A stretch of DNA of 64,000 nucleotides, taken from the NCBI RefSeq assembly GCF_041886205.1, contig NZ_CP169029.1. The stretch is one strand, 5' to 3'. The notes under the pieces are model-generated. The model did not search any database. It was not told the DNA's origin and worked only from the letters and a program-made list of their open reading frames with translations. The translations under genes were made by a program, and so were the position numbers. Source of the stretch: Escherichia coli. GTDB lineage: Bacteria; Pseudomonadota; Gammaproteobacteria; Enterobacterales; Enterobacteriaceae. Positions 11,913 through 24,009 of the stretch are shown piece by piece (the stretch's first letter is position 1; every line of letters begins with the position of its first letter).

Positions 11913-13370
11913 GTGTCTGAACTGTCTCAATTATCTCCACAGCCGCTGTGGGATATTTTTGCCAAAATCTGTTCTATTCCTCACCCGTCCTATCATGAAG
12001 AGCAACTCGCTGAATACATTGTTGGTTGGGCAAAAGAGAAAGGTTTCCATGTCGAACGCGATCAGGTAGGTAATATCCTGATTCGTAAACCTGCTACCGC
12101 AGGTATGGAAAATCGTAAACCGGTCGTCTTACAGGCCCACCTCGATATGGTGCCGCAGAAAAATAACGACACCGTGCATGACTTCACGAAAGATCCTATC
12201 CAGCCTTATATTGATGGCGAATGGGTTAAAGCGCGCGGCACCACGCTGGGTGCGGATAACGGCATTGGTATGGCCTCTGCGCTGGCGGTTCTGGCTGACG
12301 AAAACGTGGTTCACGGCCCGCTGGAAGTGCTGCTGACCATGACCGAAGAAGCCGGTATGGACGGTGCGTTCGGCTTACAGAGCAACTGGTTGCAGGCTGA
12401 TATTCTGATTAACACCGACTCCGAAGAAGAAGGTGAAATCTACATGGGTTGCGCGGGGGGTATCGACTTCACCTCCAACCTGCATTTAGATCGTGAAGAG
12501 GTTCCAGCTGGTTTTGAAACCTTCAAGTTAACCTTAAAAGGTCTGAAAGGCGGTCACTCCGGCGGTGAAATCCACGTTGGCCTGGGTAATGCCAACAAAC
12601 TGCTGGTGCGCTTCCTGGCGGGTCATGCAGAAGAACTGGACCTGCGTCTTATTGATTTCAACGGCGGCACACTGCGTAACGCCATCCCGCGTGAAGCCTT
12701 TGCGACCATTGCTGTTGCAGCTGATAAAGTCGACGCCCTGAAATCTCTGGTGAATACCTATCAGGACATCCTGAAAAACGAGCTGGCAGAGAAAGAGAAG
12801 AATCTGGCCTTGTTGCTGGACTCTGTAGCGAACGATAAAGCTGCTCTGATTGCGAAATCTCGCGATACCTTTATTCGTCTGCTGAACGCCACCCCGAACG
12901 GTGTGATCCGCAACTCCGACGTGGCAAAAGGTGTGGTCGAAACCTCCCTGAACGTCGGTGTGGTGACCATGACTGACAATAACGTAGAAATTCACTGCCT
13001 GATCCGTTCTCTGATCGACAGCGGTAAAGACTACGTGGTGAGCATGCTGGATTCGCTGGGTAAACTGGCTGGCGCGAAAACCGAAGCGAAAGGCGCATAT
13101 CCTGGCTGGCAGCCGGACGCTAATTCTCCGGTGATGCATCTGGTACGTGAAACCTATCAGCGTCTGTTCAACAAGACGCCGAACATCCAGATTATCCACG
13201 CGGGCCTGGAATGTGGTCTGTTCAAAAAACCGTATCCGGAAATGGACATGGTTTCTATCGGGCCAACAATCACCGGTCCACACTCTCCGGATGAGCAAGT
13301 TCACATCGAAAGCGTAGGTCATTACTGGACACTGCTGACTGAACTGCTGAAAGAAATTCCGGCGAAGTAA
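11913..13370 (+). CDS. pepD: Cytosol non-specific dipeptidase (aminoacyl-histidine dipeptidase), M20 family
   Basis: GTG start; 485 aa MSELSQLSPQPLWDIFAKICSIPHPSYHEEQLAEYIVGWAKEKGFHVERD... Confidence 0.95.
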   Translation: MSELSQLSPQPLWDIFAKICSIPHPSYHEEQLAEYIVGWAKEKGFHVERDQVGNILIRKPATAGMENRKPVVLQAHLDMVPQKNNDTVHDFTKDPIQPYIDGEWVKARGTTLGADNGIGMASALAVLADENVVHGPLEVLLTMTEEAGMDGAFGLQSNWLQADILINTDSEEEGEIYMGCAGGIDFTSNLHLDREEVPAGFETFKLTLKGLKGGHSGGEIHVGLGNANKLLVRFLAGHAEELDLRLIDFNGGTLRNAIPREAFATIAVAADKVDALKSLVNTYQDILKNELAEKEKNLALLLDSVANDKAALIAKSRDTFIRLLNATPNGVIRNSDVAKGVVETSLNVGVVTMTDNNVEIHCLIRSLIDSGKDYVVSMLDSLGKLAGAKTEAKGAYPGWQPDANSPVMHLVRETYQRLFNKTPNIQIIHAGLECGLFKKPYPEMDMVSIGPTITGPHSPDEQVHIESVGHYWTLLTELLKEIPAK

Positions 13371-13382
13371 TTATTTGATTTG

Positions 13383-13414
13383 CTGCCGGATGGCGTTTAA
13401 TCGCCTTCCGGCAG
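13383..13414. terminator. Putative bidirectional terminator between convergent pepD and prfH
   Basis: Imperfect inverted repeat CTGCCGGATGGCG...CGCCTTCCGGCAG in the 56-bp gap. Confidence 0.4.
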
Positions 13415-13426
13415 TTTCATCCTTCA

Positions 13427-14041
13427 TTATCCTTCGATAAAAGCCATCCCTGTAAATGTCCGTCTCGGGTTGCCACGTTCAATCTGGTGATGGAACATTC
13501 GCCGCTGCGATTTCAGCACCGCGCTATTTTCCTGTTGCTGCTGCTCCAGCTTCCAGGCAATCAGCAATCGTGCCAGCCGCTTGTTAGCATGCTGACTACG
13601 CTCTGACTGAACCTTCACGCTAATACCGGATGCCAAATGCGTGGCGCGTACCGCCGAGTCGGTTTTATTGACATGTTGACCGCCCGGCCCCGACGAACGC
13701 AACGTCTCATAACGGATTGCATCCGATTGTTCCTGCTCATCAGCGGTAAAACGCCCAATGCCCAGAAACCAGTTTTTGCGCCCATGATGAGGCCGATACG
13801 GACTCGGACAAATCCACTGAATAGTGCCGCACCAACTTTCGCTTAATGCCCATGCGTTATCGCCATCCAGAGAAACCAGCGCTGAACGCAGCGTGTCAGA
13901 GTAGCGGCCCGTTTCGGTTTCCAGCACCGTTACCGCGACGTCTTGTCGGGCAGCTTCTTTAATTAGCCTGTCCAGCGCCTTTTTCACTGCGAGACAACAT
14001 TCTTCCGGCCCCTGCGCTGAGGAGAGTTGAAGCAAGATCAT
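13427..14041 (-). CDS. prfH: Peptide chain release factor homologue PrfH (RF-H), apparently full length
   Basis: Product from [16 protein letters not shown]... with the GGQ motif ([16 protein letters not shown]) of class-I release factors, about 204 aa; start ATG overlaps the upstream rtcB stop (ATGA at 14038-14041). Confidence 0.85.
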   Translation of the reverse strand: MILLQLSSAQGPEECCLAVKKALDRLIKEAARQDVAVTVLETETGRYSDTLRSALVSLDGDNAWALSESWCGTIQWICPSPYRPHHGRKNWFLGIGRFTADEQEQSDAIRYETLRSSGPGGQHVNKTDSAVRATHLASGISVKVQSERSQHANKRLARLLIAWKLEQQQQENSAVLKSQRRMFHHQIERGNPRRTFTGMAFIEG

Positions 14042-15204
14042 CCTTTTTTCCCTCCACTGTTTTTGAGCGTTAGCACCGGACGCAGCCGCGCGACAGGAAT
14101 AATTAAACCGGCCTGCACCAGACATTGCACCACGCTTTCAGCCGATTTATAGGCTTGTGGCGCTTCTTCAAAGATGAGTTGTTTATCGCGACAAATTACC
14201 CGACTGCCAAGTTCAGTACGCGAGAGTTGCGTCGCTGTGTATTTCGCTGCCAGACGCCCTTTACACTCGGTGCGCCCCCATTTACGCCCAGCCCCATGCG
14301 CCAGCGAGTGGAGCGTTTTTTCATTCGCAACAGGCTGTACAAGCCAGGAGTAATCACCGCGTGAACCGGGAATAATCACCAGACCGTTGTCATCCGGCGT
14401 GGCACCTTTACGATGCAACCAGCCCTGTTGATCGCCGATTTGACAGGCGCTAACAAAGTTATGCGCCACATCCAGAACCGGACTTCCGATAGCCTTAACT
14501 TGTTGCATTATGCGTAAAGCGATCAGCTGGCGATTAATACGCGCAAACGCCAGCGCATCGTCATGTTCCGCAATATACCGTAGCGTGTCGTCACTGCCTT
14601 CAGGCAAACCATGATGCGAAAACGAGGCAATATGCCGCTGTAAAATAGACTGCCCCAACCCCCGCGAGCCGCTATGAACCAACAGTTGCAGATGTTGTGC
14701 ATCCAGACCTGCCAGTGCAAACTGTTCAGCGTTGATGATTTGATCAACTTGTTGCAGTTCAGCGAAATGATTGCCGCCACCGATAGAGCCAAGCGAGCTG
14801 CGCCACGGATGCTGTGCAAATGCTGACGGCAGGTTTTCCTCCAGCCAGCTTTCTTCAGCAACGTCATCCAGATCTGATAATCGCTTTTCAAACTTATCGG
14901 CGTTGTATTTGCGAGCGAGAATATCTGTTTGCCATAGCGCCATGCCGCAGCCGATATCATTGCCGACCAGTGCCGGATAAAAACGGCCTGCGGAGAAGAA
15001 CGCTGCGCCAATCGGATAGCCGCGTCCGGGATGTAAATCTGGCATCCCCACTACGCGCTGCATGTTGGGTAAATTTGCCGTGGTGTGTAATTGTAGGATC
15101 GCTAAACTCTCGATCCACAGGTCATCAGATGCGATGGTAAATACCGCATCGGATAAGGGACGAATATAATTGCCCATATACCATTCCGTAAATAGACTCG
15201 TCAT
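14038..15204 (-). CDS. rtcB: RtcB-family RNA ligase paralogue (RtcB2-type; ykfJ position), apparently intact
   Basis: 388 aa with RtcB hallmarks (...[10 protein letters not shown]..., ...[13 protein letters not shown]..., ...[12 protein letters not shown]...); translationally coupled to prfH. Confidence 0.85.
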   Translation of the reverse strand: MTSLFTEWYMGNYIRPLSDAVFTIASDDLWIESLAILQLHTTANLPNMQRVVGMPDLHPGRGYPIGAAFFSAGRFYPALVGNDIGCGMALWQTDILARKYNADKFEKRLSDLDDVAEESWLEENLPSAFAQHPWRSSLGSIGGGNHFAELQQVDQIINAEQFALAGLDAQHLQLLVHSGSRGLGQSILQRHIASFSHHGLPEGSDDTLRYIAEHDDALAFARINRQLIALRIMQQVKAIGSPVLDVAHNFVSACQIGDQQGWLHRKGATPDDNGLVIIPGSRGDYSWLVQPVANEKTLHSLAHGAGRKWGRTECKGRLAAKYTATQLSRTELGSRVICRDKQLIFEEAPQAYKSAESVVQCLVQAGLIIPVARLRPVLTLKNSGGKKG

Positions 15205-15422
15205 ACTTCAAGTTGCATGTGCTGCGACTTGAATTATTGAGAGTAACAATTAAAAAATCAGGAAATGGCAGACGAATCCAGGGCAAGAAAAAAAGAATTA
15301 ATCCTGGAAAGGTCTGCAAAGAGTCATTGATAAAGGATTTGTCATGATTTACCTCCTTGCAGTTTGTGGAATAAGAAAACGCGCACATATTAGGCGGGCG
15401 TTATTTTCATTGCAAGCTGGAT

Positions 15423-15875
15423 TTAATGTTGCGGTTTATAACGCATATAAAAATTAATAAACCACGCTCCCCGGCATTCAACGCGCTGCTGCTTAACTGT
15501 CTGAAAACCATAACGTTCAAAAAAGGGTTTTGCGGTTATGCTGGCGTCCACCGTAAGTTCGGATTCAGACTTAATCAAAGGTTTTAACAAAGCGCTGGCA
15601 ACCCCACGGCGGGTGTATTCAGGGTCAACAAATAACATATCGATATAATGTTCAATGCGGGAAATAAAACCAACCGGTTGTGCATTAATGACCGCAACCC
15701 ACACTTGTGATTTCGCGAGTTTCTCCTTCCAGCAAGATTCGTCAATCTGCGCCCAGGCGGCAATTTGTTGTGGAGAATAGTGCTGACTGGCGGTCATCGT
15801 AACCGCTCTAATAAAAATAGCGCATAGTTGCTGAAAATCGCCAGGCTGATAGTTTCTTATTTGTATGTTATTCAT
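15423..15875 (-). CDS. yafP: GNAT-family N-acetyltransferase YafP
   Basis: 150 aa [25 protein letters not shown]...; start overlaps the dinB stop by 4 bp. Confidence 0.85.
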   Translation of the reverse strand: MNNIQIRNYQPGDFQQLCAIFIRAVTMTASQHYSPQQIAAWAQIDESCWKEKLAKSQVWVAVINAQPVGFISRIEHYIDMLFVDPEYTRRGVASALLKPLIKSESELTVDASITAKPFFERYGFQTVKQQRVECRGAWFINFYMRYKPQH

Positions 15876-16927
15876 AATCCCAGCACCAGTTGTCTTTCCA
15901 TTTGAGGGTCAAGCAACGTCACATGCAGCCCCACCAGTCGCACACCGCGCCCACCGCGGCGTTCATCCCAGGTTTTACGCGCGGTGGCGATTAAGTCAGC
16001 TTTATTCAGCCGCGGCCAGACATGCTCCTGGGTGGTTTGCTGAAAATCGTCGAACTTTAATTTCACCCCCTGGCGAGCAATCAGTAAATCAGGTTTTACC
16101 TTTGCCAGACGGCGTTCAAGTTCCGGATACAGCCGCTCGATAATCGCTTCACATTCAGACCAGTGATGAATATCTTCCGCCATCGTGCGTTCCACGCCGA
16201 CGGATTTTCGCAACCGTTCGCTGTTAACGTCGCGCTCGTCAATCCCCTGACTACGCTCCCACAAAATGCGGCCAAATTTGCCAAAGCGTTTAAGCAGCAT
16301 CACCAGATCACACTTTTGTACATCACCGCAGGTCCGCAGCCCCATCGCTTCCAGCTTCGCCGCTGAGACTTTGCCAACACCGGGAATTTTTGCCAGCGGT
16401 AAGGTTTGCAGAAATGCCGGAACTTCCGCCGGAGTAATCACAAACTGGCCGTTGGGTTTATTCATGTCGGAGGCGATTTTGGCGAGAAACTTTACTGGTG
16501 CCACGCCCGCAGACGCCGTCAGTTGTAGCTCGTTGAAAATCGTCTGGCGGATTTCCTGGGCGATGAGGGTCGCAGAACCGTGGCAATGGACGCTGTCGGT
16601 GACATCGAGATAGGCTTCATCCAGTGACAACGGTTCAATGCGCGAGGTGTAGCGCGAGAAGATTTCACGGATATGATTTGAGGCTTCTTTGTAGGCGTCA
16701 AAGCGCCCCGGAAGCAAGGTGAGATATGGGCATAATTTGAGCGCCATCCCTGTCGGCATAGCGCTACGTACGCCAAATTTACGCGCGGGGTAATTGGCGG
16801 TGCTGATCACCCCCCGACGTTCACGGCTGCCGCCAATAGCAATAGGGATATCGCGCAGGGCGGGATTGTCGCGCATCTCCACTGCGGCGAAAAAGCAGTC
16901 CATATCCACATGAATGATTTTACGCAT
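15872..16927 (-). CDS. dinB: DNA polymerase IV (Y-family translesion polymerase)
   Basis: 351 aa [58 protein letters not shown]... Confidence 0.95.
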   Translation of the reverse strand: MRKIIHVDMDCFFAAVEMRDNPALRDIPIAIGGSRERRGVISTANYPARKFGVRSAMPTGMALKLCPYLTLLPGRFDAYKEASNHIREIFSRYTSRIEPLSLDEAYLDVTDSVHCHGSATLIAQEIRQTIFNELQLTASAGVAPVKFLAKIASDMNKPNGQFVITPAEVPAFLQTLPLAKIPGVGKVSAAKLEAMGLRTCGDVQKCDLVMLLKRFGKFGRILWERSQGIDERDVNSERLRKSVGVERTMAEDIHHWSECEAIIERLYPELERRLAKVKPDLLIARQGVKLKFDDFQQTTQEHVWPRLNKADLIATARKTWDERRGGRGVRLVGLHVTLLDPQMERQLVLGL

Positions 16928-16941
16928 TGCTCACCTCTCAA

Positions 16942-16961
16942 CACTGGTAAAGTATACAGTG
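16942..16961 (-). promoter_or_regulatory. LexA (SOS) box of the dinB promoter
   Basis: Reverse strand reads CACTGTATACTTTACCAGTG (CTGT-N8-ACAG consensus) about 15-35 bp upstream of the dinB start codon. Confidence 0.75.
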
Positions 16962-16997
16962 ATTTCAGGGTTTGAGAAATGCGTAAAGATTCAGCAT

Positions 16998-17690
16998 TTA
17001 ACGCGTTCGCTGCGAAAGCACCTGCTGCTTATCCAGCTTTTGCACCAGCGGCTGCACCACCTTATCCCCATGCTGACCAAAGTATTGATACAGCGTATCG
17101 GACGCACTTTTGGTCAGCACCATAATCTCAATGCGTCGGTTGCCCGCGCTTTGCGGATTTTTGGAATCCAGCAGCATCTGGTCCGCCATCGCGCTCACCT
17201 GCATCACTTTATCTTCCGGCATTCCTGCCTCTTCCAGCACCCGACGAGCCGAAAGCGCGCGGTCACCCGAAAGGTTCCAGTTGTTGTAGATATTATTTTT
17301 GTAGGCCATCGCATCGGTATGCCCGGTAATAATAATTTTGTTATCGAGCGAGTCGAAAACTGGCGCGAGCTCCACCAGCAGCGTTTTAAAGAACGGCATA
17401 ATCTGCGCGCTACCGCGTTCGAACATATTGCGATTCTGGTCGTCTTTAATCAGCACGCGTAATCCCTGCGGGACAATCTCCATCTCCAGATTCGCTTCCA
17501 TATGCGCATCACGGGCAATGGTGTTGATACTGGTTGCCAGCTCGCCAAGCTCGGTGGCGGATTTCATCTTCAGCAGCGCCGTTTTCTCGTTGACGTCGCG
17601 CGCTTTTTTCTCCGTCTCTTCCGGCACCGCCACGGTGGCAGGTTTTGGCGGATGAGACGGGCTGATTTTATTTAACGGCGACAACCCGCC
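16998..17690 (-). pseudogene. lafU: lafU remnant: MotB-like lateral-flagellar motor protein lacking its N-terminal membrane segment (Flag-2 remnant)
   Basis: Translation carries the MotB/OmpA-like C-terminal domain (...NWNLSGDRALSARRVLEEAGMP...); the 5' part of the track ORF is antisense to lfhA and not credible coding sequence. Confidence 0.7.
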
Positions 17691-17759
17691 GCCATTGAAA
17701 ATCGACTGCCCGTGCAGCGCGGCGATAATGCTTTCACGCTCGGATTTACTGACGCTGTT

Positions 17760-19467
17760 GACAATCAACTTTATCGTCGTCACCAAAGGGGCCGAGCGTA
17801 TTTCCGAGGTTTCTGCCCGCTTTACCCTGGACGCGATGCCCGGTAAGCAGATGGCGATTGATGCCGATCTTAACGCCGGATTGATCAACCAGGCGCAGGC
17901 GCAATCCCGGCGTAAAGATGTTGCCAGCGAGGCCGATTTCTACGGCGCGATGGACGGGGCATCGAAGTTTGTGCGCGGAGACGCCATCGCCGGGATGATG
18001 ATTCTGGCGATCAACCTGATCGGCGGCGTCTGTATCGGCATCTTCAAATACAACCTGAGCGCCGACGCCGCCTTCCAGCAATACGTGCTGATGACCATCG
18101 GCGACGGCCTGGTGGCGCAGATCCCTTCCCTGCTGCTCTCCACCGCGGCGGCGATTATTGTCACCCGCGTCAGCGACAACGGCGATATTGCCCATGACGT
18201 GCGCCACCAGCTGCTGGCAAGCCCGTCGGTGCTCTACACCGCTACCGGGATTATGTTTGTGCTGGCGGTGGTGCCGGGGATGCCGCACCTGCCGTTTTTG
18301 CTGTTCAGCGCCCTGCTTGGCTTTACCGGCTGGCGGATGAGCAAGCGCCCACAGGCGGCGGAGGCGGAAGAGAAAAGCCTCGAAACGCTGACCCGCACCA
18401 TCACTGAAACCAGTGAGCAACAGGTCAGTTGGGAGACGATACCGCTGATCGAGCCCATCAGCTTAAGCCTGGGCTACAAGCTGGTAGCGCTGGTGGATAA
18501 AGCCCAGGGCAACCCGCTCACCCAGCGAATTCGCGGCGTGCGGCAGGTGATTTCTGACGGTAACGGCGTGCTGCTGCCTGAGATCCGCATTCGGGAAAAC
18601 TTCCGCCTCAAGCCCAGCCAGTACGCTATTTTCATCAACGGCATTAAGGCTGATGAAGCGGATATTCCGGCGGATAAACTGATGGCCCTGCCCTCCAGCG
18701 AAACCTACGGCGAGATTGACGGCGTGCTGGGGAACGACCCGGCGTACGGAATGCCGGTCACCTGGATCCAGCCCGCACAGAAAGCGAAGGCGCTGAATAT
18801 GGGGTATCAGGTGATCGACAGCGCCAGCGTGATTGCCACGCATGTGAATAAGATTGTGCGTAGCTATATTCCTGATTTATTTAACTATGACGATATTACG
18901 CAGTTGCATAACCGTTTGTCGTCGATGGCACCGCGCCTGGCGGAAGATTTAAGCGCGGCGCTGAATTACAGCCAGTTGCTGAAAGTGTACCGCGCGCTGC
19001 TGACCGAAGGCGTTTCCCTGCGCGATATCGTCACCATTGCCACCGTGCTGGTCGCCAGTAGCGCGGTGACCAAAGATCATATTCTGCTGGCAGCTGATGT
19101 GCGCCTGGCGCTGCGGCGAAGCATTACCCATCCGTTCGTTCGCAAGCAGGAGCTGACGGTGTATACGCTGAATAATGAGCTGGAAAATCTGCTGACCAAC
19201 GTGGTGAATCAGGCGCAACAGGGCGGGAAAGTGATGCTCGACAGCGTGCCGGTCGATCCGAATATGCTCAACCAGTTCCAGAGTACGATGCCGCAGGTAA
19301 AAGAGCAGATGAAAGCGGCGGGGAAAGATCCGGTGCTGCTGGTGCCGCCTCAGCTGCGCCCTTTGCTGGCGCGTTATGCAAGGTTGTTTGCGCCGGGGCT
19401 GCATGTGCTGTCGTATAACGAAGTGCCGGACGAGCTGGAGTTGAAGATAATGGGGGCGTTGATGTAA
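17760..19467 (+). pseudogene. lfhA: lfhA remnant: FlhA-family flagellar export protein lacking its N-terminal ~130 aa and promoter (Flag-2 remnant)
   Basis: Credible FlhA homology begins ...GAERISEVSARFTLDAMPGKQMAIDADLNAGLI... and runs to the stop at 19467; no FlhA N-terminus and no start context. Confidence 0.7.
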
Positions 19468-19479
19468 GTATCCGGCATT

Positions 19480-19784
<305 letters not shown>

Positions 19785-19790
<6 letters not shown>

Positions 19791-20282
19791 AATGATACGC
19801 TCGCCAGCATTTATATCCGTTACGTCCCCCGCCCAATCGATGGGATATAACCCTCGCGCGACATCGCGATGGAACGTTGAGAATGGCCAATCACTCACTT
19901 GCTTTACCCAACCATGCTTTACTGGATTTATATAAATATAATCAACATGATGCCTATAATCTTTGGTATTGCGGATGGCGTGCTCCCAAAAACGTGGTTG
20001 CCAGATATTTTTCAATCCACAAGCATGGGTAAATTGCTTTTTAATTTCCCGCCAGCGCGAGGAAAAATCATCATCGCCTTCAGGTAATGTCCAGATACAG
20101 TGCATATGCTCTGGCAAAACGACCCAGGCGTTGATTTCAAAAGGCCTGTCTCGCTTAACTTTAATAATGGCGTGACGGAGCATCTGGTACTGGGTGGTCA
20201 AGAGTTGGCTTCGACGATTGCGTAAATTCACCGTGAAAAACCAGGTTCCCCCCTTGATGTAATAACGACGATATTCAGACAT
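19785..20282 (-). CDS. rayT: REP-associated tyrosine transposase (RayT/TnpA-REP)
   Basis: 165 aa MSEYRRYYIKGGTWFFTVNLRNRR...; IS200/IS605-like HUH fold (...HMHCIW...); flanked on both sides by REP elements. Confidence 0.85.
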
Positions 20283-20372
20283 GGCGACTCCTTTTTCTCA
20301 ACGGTAAGAAGAAAAGGAAAGGTCGGTAATGAGGTGATGGAATAACAGGAAAGCGGCTCGCAAAAACGCACA

Positions 20373-21216
<844 letters not shown>

Positions 21217-21507
21217 AAACCGGCTGAATGAAGGTGAGAATTTTAAAAGACCGGAGGAGTAAACGGGATTATTAATTGCTTATTTGCATATTACTATTGA
21301 GGTTTCATAATCTTAGGAAATAAATGATACATGCGCTTTTCGGACTATTGAAAACTGCCCCTGTGCTAAATTTGTAAACCCAGCGCCGACAGGCTTGCGT
21401 AAAACTCTTTTGGTGATAATGTGAGCCTTCCAAATCCAGACTATTCCGATTTGGGATCCATTTTGCCGTCCTGGCGTGTGTAACCGTTTTATCAAGGAAT
21501 AAGCAGT

Positions 21508-22248
21508 ATGCGTAAAATCGCATTAATTCTTGCGATGTTGTTGATCCCGTGCGTTTCGTTTGCCGGTTTGCTGGGCAGCAGTAGCTCGACCACGCCAGTG
21601 AGCAAAGAGTATAAGCAGCAGTTGATGGGATCCCCTGTCTACATCCAGATCTTCAAGGAAGAACGTACGCTCGATCTCTACGTCAAAATGGGCGAGCAAT
21701 ATCAACTGCTCGACAGCTATAAAATCTGTAAATATTCCGGCGGCTTAGGGCCAAAACAGCGTCAGGGCGATTTCAAAAGCCCGGAAGGGTTTTATAGCGT
21801 CCAGCGTAATCAGTTAAAACCAGACAGCCGTTACTACAAAGCGATTAATATTGGTTTCCCCAATGCCTATGACCGTGCGCATGGTTATGAAGGGAAATAC
21901 CTGATGATCCACGGCGATTGTGTTTCCATCGGCTGCTACGCAATGACCAATCAGGGTATTGATGAGATCTTCCAGTTCGTTACTGGTGCGCTGGTGTTTG
22001 GTCAGCCGAGCGTGCAAGTGAGTATTTACCCGTTCCGCATGACCGACGCCAATATGAAGCGCCATAAATATTCCAACTTTAAGGACTTCTGGGAGCAACT
22101 GAAGCCGGGTTACGACTACTTTGAGCAAACCCGTAAGCCACCGACCGTTTCTGTGGTCAATGGTCGTTACGTGGTCAGCAAGCCGTTAAGCCACGAAGTT
22201 GTGCAGCCACAACTGGCATCAAACTACACGCTCCCCGAGGCAAAATAA
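21508..22248 (+). CDS. yafK: L,D-transpeptidase-fold periplasmic protein YafK
   Basis: 246 aa with signal peptide [19 protein letters not shown] and YkuD-like core (...[15 protein letters not shown]...). Confidence 0.85.
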   Translation: MRKIALILAMLLIPCVSFAGLLGSSSSTTPVSKEYKQQLMGSPVYIQIFKEERTLDLYVKMGEQYQLLDSYKICKYSGGLGPKQRQGDFKSPEGFYSVQRNQLKPDSRYYKAINIGFPNAYDRAHGYEGKYLMIHGDCVSIGCYAMTNQGIDEIFQFVTGALVFGQPSVQVSIYPFRMTDANMKRHKYSNFKDFWEQLKPGYDYFEQTRKPPTVSVVNGRYVVSKPLSHEVVQPQLASNYTLPEAK

Positions 22249-22986
22249 GCGCCATTCGCCTGGCATAATCTTTTGCCAGGTTTCATTGCCCGTCAGCGGC
22301 TGTGTTGCAATCACCGTGACCACATCATTCGGTGTGGTCTGCGAGCTGAAGTCGATTTCCACATCCTGATCCAGCAACGTTGCCACGCCAAACGGCGCGC
22401 GGCGGGTGATCCAGTGTAAATTAGTCGAGCAATACGCCATTACATAGCGCCCGTCAGAAAGCAGCATATTGAAAACGCCCTTCTGCCGCAGTTCATCCGC
22501 CAGTGAGGCGATATATTTAAACACTGCCGCCATGTTGCCCGGTGTACGCGGGTAACGCTGCGTTAATTTATGCAGCAGCCAGCAGAAGGCTTTTTCGCTG
22601 TCGGTTTCGCCTACCGGGCGGAAGTTGCCGGTTTCCAGTAATTTGTAGCCCGTCAGTTGTCCGTTATGGGCATAAGTCCAGTTACGCCCCCATAACTCGC
22701 GGGTAAATGGGTGAGTATTTTCCAGCGCCACCTCGCCCCGATTAGCCTGGCGAATATGAGCCACCACCGAACAGGATTTTATCGGGTAGTCCTGGACAAG
22801 TTTGGCGATGGGGGAATTAAAGCTGGGTTGTGGATCTTTAAATGTGCGACAGCCTTTACCTTCGTAAAAGGTAATGCCCCAGCCATCTTTATGTGGCCCG
22901 GTTCCACCACCACGCTGTACAAGTCCGGTGAAACTAAAGCAGATATCGGTAGGGACGTTGGCGCTCATCCCGAGCAATTCGCACAT
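22219..22986 (-). CDS. yafJ: Class-II glutamine amidotransferase-like protein YafJ
   Basis: Product from [19 protein letters not shown]... (N-terminal nucleophile Cys after Met); 3' end overlaps the 3' end of convergent yafK. Confidence 0.8.
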   Translation of the reverse strand: MCELLGMSANVPTDICFSFTGLVQRGGGTGPHKDGWGITFYEGKGCRTFKDPQPSFNSPIAKLVQDYPIKSCSVVAHIRQANRGEVALENTHPFTRELWGRNWTYAHNGQLTGYKLLETGNFRPVGETDSEKAFCWLLHKLTQRYPRTPGNMAAVFKYIASLADELRQKGVFNMLLSDGRYVMAYCSTNLHWITRRAPFGVATLLDQDVEIDFSSQTTPNDVVTVIATQPLTGNETWQKIMPGEWRLFCLGERVV

Positions 22987-23049
22987 GGGTAACCTCCACA
23001 ACAGCGGGAGCGCATGGCCCCCGGCGAAGATTGATTTAAGAATTTTCAG

Positions 23050-23191
<142 letters not shown>

Positions 23192-23195
<4 letters not shown>

Positions 23196-23770
23196 TTAAC
23201 CATCTCTTTTTCAATTAACTGGATCAGGATATGGATCACTTTAATGTGAATCTCCTGAATGCGGTCGGCATAACCAAAGTGCGGTACGCGAATTTCGATA
23301 TCCGCCGTGCCAGCCATTTTGCCGCCGTCTTTACCGGTCAGGGTGATCACTTTCATCCCCTTCTCACGCGCCGCTGCGATCGCTTTGATCACGTTTGCAG
23401 AGTTACCGGAGGTGGAGATCCCCAGCAGTACATCGCCTTCGCGACCTACCGCTTCAACGTAGCGGGAGAAAATATCATTGAAACCGAAATCATTACCGAC
23501 GCAGGAAATATGACTAACGTCAGAAATAGCAATCGCCGGGTAGCCCGGACGGTTTTCACGGTAGCGACCGGTCAACTCTTCGGCAAAGTGCATAGCGTCG
23601 CAATGGGAACCGCCGTTGCCGCAGGAAAGCACTTTGCCACCGGCTTTAAAGCTGTCTGCTAACAGGACCGCCGCGCGCTGAATGGCGTGAATATTGGCGT
23701 CATCTTTTAAAAAGTTAGCCAGCGTTTCCGCCGCTTCGTTCAGTTCGTTACGAATAAGATCCTGGTACAT
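23192..23770 (-). CDS. gmhA: Phosphoheptose isomerase (sedoheptulose-7-phosphate isomerase)
   Basis: 192 aa [66 protein letters not shown]... (SIS domain). Confidence 0.95.
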
Positions 23771-24009
23771 GAGGATATCCTTCAGCATAAATGTAATAGA
23801 CAAAATGCAGTGTACCGGATACCGCCAAAAGCGAGAAGTACGGGCAGGTGCTATGACCAGGACTTTTTGACCTGAAGTGCGGATAAAAACAGCAACAATG
23901 TGAGCTTTGTTGTAATTATATTGTAAACACATTGCTAAATGTTTTTACATCCACTACAACCATATCATCACAAGTGGTCAGACCTCCTACAAGTAAGGGG
24001 CTTTTCGTT

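Noticed and set aside
12534-13322. 262-aa antisense ORF inside pepD, and similar long antisense ORFs in fadE (25153..26221) and lfhA (17746..18420)
   Set aside because: Antisense to strongly supported genes; compositionally biased (His/Arg/Gln-rich) translations typical of reverse-strand read-through.
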